A stretch of DNA of 63,442 nucleotides, counting the filler, from Octopus bimaculoides (lineage: Eukaryota): the NCBI RefSeq assembly GCF_001194135.2. It is 7 parts of 7 records of this genome, joined end to end, with 100 filler letters (N's around TTAATTAATTAA, not from the genome) between each part and the next. Parts side by side here need not be neighbours in the genome. Positions count along the whole stretch, not along the records: positions 59,091 to 62,303 come from NW_026424714.1; positions 62,404 to 63,442 come from NW_026379958.1; 5 more parts are not named here. The stretch is one strand, 5' to 3'. The position numbers and the translations under genes were made by a program. This document shows positions 61,321 to 63,442 of this stretch, piece after piece (the first letter of the stretch is position 1; every line of letters starts with the position of its first letter). The notes under the pieces are model-generated. The model saw only the letters and a list, made by a program, of their open reading frames with translations, ran no database searches and had not been told where the DNA came from.

Positions 61321-62925
61321 GGGGGCATAAATAAATAAAATGCATGTGTTTTTGTGTCTGTGTTTNNNNNNNNNNNNNNNNNNNNNNNNNNNNNNNNNNN
61401 NNNNNNNNNNNNNNNNNNNNNNNNNNNNNNNNNNNNNNNNNNNNNNNNNNNNNNNNNNNNNNNNNNNNNNNNNNNNNNNNNNNNNNNNNNNNNNNNNNNN
61501 NNNNNNNNNNNNNNNNNNNNNNNNNNNNNNNNNNNNNNNNNNNNNNNNNNNNNNNNNNNNNNNNNNNNNNNNNNNNNNNNNNNNNNNNNNNNNNNNNNNN
61601 NNNNNNNNNNNNNNNNNNNNNNNNNNNNNNNNNNNNNNNNNNNNNNNNNNNNNNNNNNNNNNNNNNNNNNNNNNNNNNNNNNNNNNAAGTTCTGGGGTTG
61701 ATTTATTTCAATTCCCAGACCGGGCGTTGTGAGTGCTTATTGAGCGAAAACACCTAAAAGCCCCACGAGGCTCCGGCAGGGGATGGTGGCGAACCCTGCT
61801 GTACTCTTCCACCACAACTTTCTCTCACTCTTACTTCCTGTTTCTGTTGTGCCTGTAATTCAAAGGGTCAGCCTTGTCACACTATGTGTCACGCTGAATA
61901 TCCCCGAGAACTACGTTAAGGGTACACGTGACTGTGGAGTGCTCAGCCACTTGCACGTTAATTTCACTTGACAACCAATGCTAGATATAGCAGCCAAAAA
62001 TTGACTCTAAAACCACATTGAATGTTCTCTCCTGGTGCTGTATGAACATTTAAAGGGTCAAGACCCCCTTCGGTCATGGGATTGTACCTAGAAAGTTCCC
62101 TTCTCAGGCACAAGTCCAAGCAAGGTTGTTTATGGAAGACCAGCAGTCATCTATTCATACCAGCCTCTCTTCTCCACACTACCGATGTTATCCAAGGGAA
62201 AGGCATGGAACCAATGAAATTGCAACTCATTTCTACAGATGAATGAATTAGAACAACGAGAAATAAAGTGTCTTGCTCAAGAACACAACACACAGCCCAG
62301 TCTNNNNNNNNNNNNNNNNNNNNNNNNNNNNNNNNNNNNNNNNNNNNTTAATTAATTAANNNNNNNNNNNNNNNNNNNNNNNNNNNNNNNNNNNNNNNNN
62401 NNNCCCACACACACACACGCATACGTACATGCACGCATGCACGCAAAAGACAACAAAAAAAAAAGAGATGGACAGCATTGATTTTGCTGCAGAGACAGAG
62501 CAGCACCATCCGAAATTGTTATGTACCTAAACAAAAGGAGATTGCAGAACGCTAACCCGGTTGTGCTTATCCTGCATAAGGTATTTGCTGCTTTTCAGAG
62601 AGATTCACAAGACGGAAAGAGAAAGACAGGAGAAAAAACTTTGTAAAAGGAAATGAAATGGATAATAATAAAATAATAATAATGATAATTACAATGATAG
62701 CTTGAAATTTTGCCACAAGGGCAGCAATTCTGGGTACTTATTTTATCTGTAAACTGGTTCTTATTTTATCGACCCTCAAAAGGATGAAAGGCAACGCCGA
62801 ACTCGGCGGAATTTGAACTCAGAACGTAGCGATGGGAGAAGTACCAGTTTACTAACGGTTCTGCCAGCTCACCGCCTTAAATAATAATGATAATAATAAT
62901 GATAATAATAACAACAACAACAATA

Positions 62926-62968
<43 letters not shown>

Positions 62969-62999
62969 TCTGTTTTATTGGCCACAAGGGCTAATATAA

Positions 63000-63442
63000 A
63001 TCAAAAACATGTAAGGACAAAGACAGGACGAAGGTTACATAGGGTTTTGTCCGAAAGGTAGAAAACTTTCGTGTAAACAGAGGAAAAACAGAGAAAGATA
63101 TAATAAATAAAACCCCCAATAGGGGGAGGCGCTTCGAAAGGTTACACGTGGAAAAAACCCATAAAAGCCACGGGAGCCTGGTCAGAAAAATAAGAAAGGG
63201 GTAGAGAGCCCTTTCTCCTTTTACATTACCTTTTTCTACAGGTGTATTCTCAGAATTGGTCCGTTCATACTGGCCATTCTTCCAGCAGTCACCCATCTTT
63301 CAACAAATTTGCTATGAGACAGCACTTCCCTCTCTACTCTCATCCTCCTTCTCAAGTGGAACTTGAAAAAGTTGATGAGGCCTTGGCCAAATAATATATT
63401 CACAGACACTACAGAGCTGGGACCTATATACACTGGAAGCTA
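63000..63442 (-). mobile_element. L1/Tx1-like LINE 3' end (same family as 1-455)
   Basis: GQGLINFFKFHLRRRMRVEREVLSHSKFVERWV aligns with GQSLVNFFKYHLKKRMRIERK.LSNESFNKRWV. Confidence 0.75.

Overview
AT-rich, gap-rich, microsatellite-dense animal genomic DNA. The repeat families suggest an octopus or other coleoid cephalopod; this is inference from memory of these repeats, not a database result. One protein-coding gene can be fully reconstructed by hand: a minus-strand, six-coding-exon FAST kinase domain gene (FASTKD5-like; 10817-9284, 7513-7398, 6840-6684, 4719-4557, 3687-3555, 1971-1891; 2184 nt = 727 aa + stop; all GT-AG junctions in phase; C-terminal RAP domain). There is also an unassigned Asn/Thr-rich ORF at 21137-21634. 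Most of the rest is mobile DNA: a near full-length RTE LINE, CR1-like, L1/Tx1-like and REL-type (R4/Dong-like) LINE fragments, Penelope-like elements (PLE), a decayed Chapaev-type DNA transposon with TIRs, Merlin-like and mariner-like MITEs, a probable solo LTR and dozens of tRNA-derived SINE copies from at least four families. The most interesting signal is not in the ORF track. A tRNA-headed SINE (41691-41918) carries a minimal, dimer-type hammerhead ribozyme (HHR) of the Penelope kind, and the 46-nt core recurs identically at 50153-50198. This SINE is joined to a truncated PLE through an inverted copy of its own tail, and two more HHR-like motifs lie within 2.7 kb. Together these suggest a PLE-mobilised, ribozyme-bearing SINE system. 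SINE boundaries are approximate unless a target-site duplication (TSD) is quoted.
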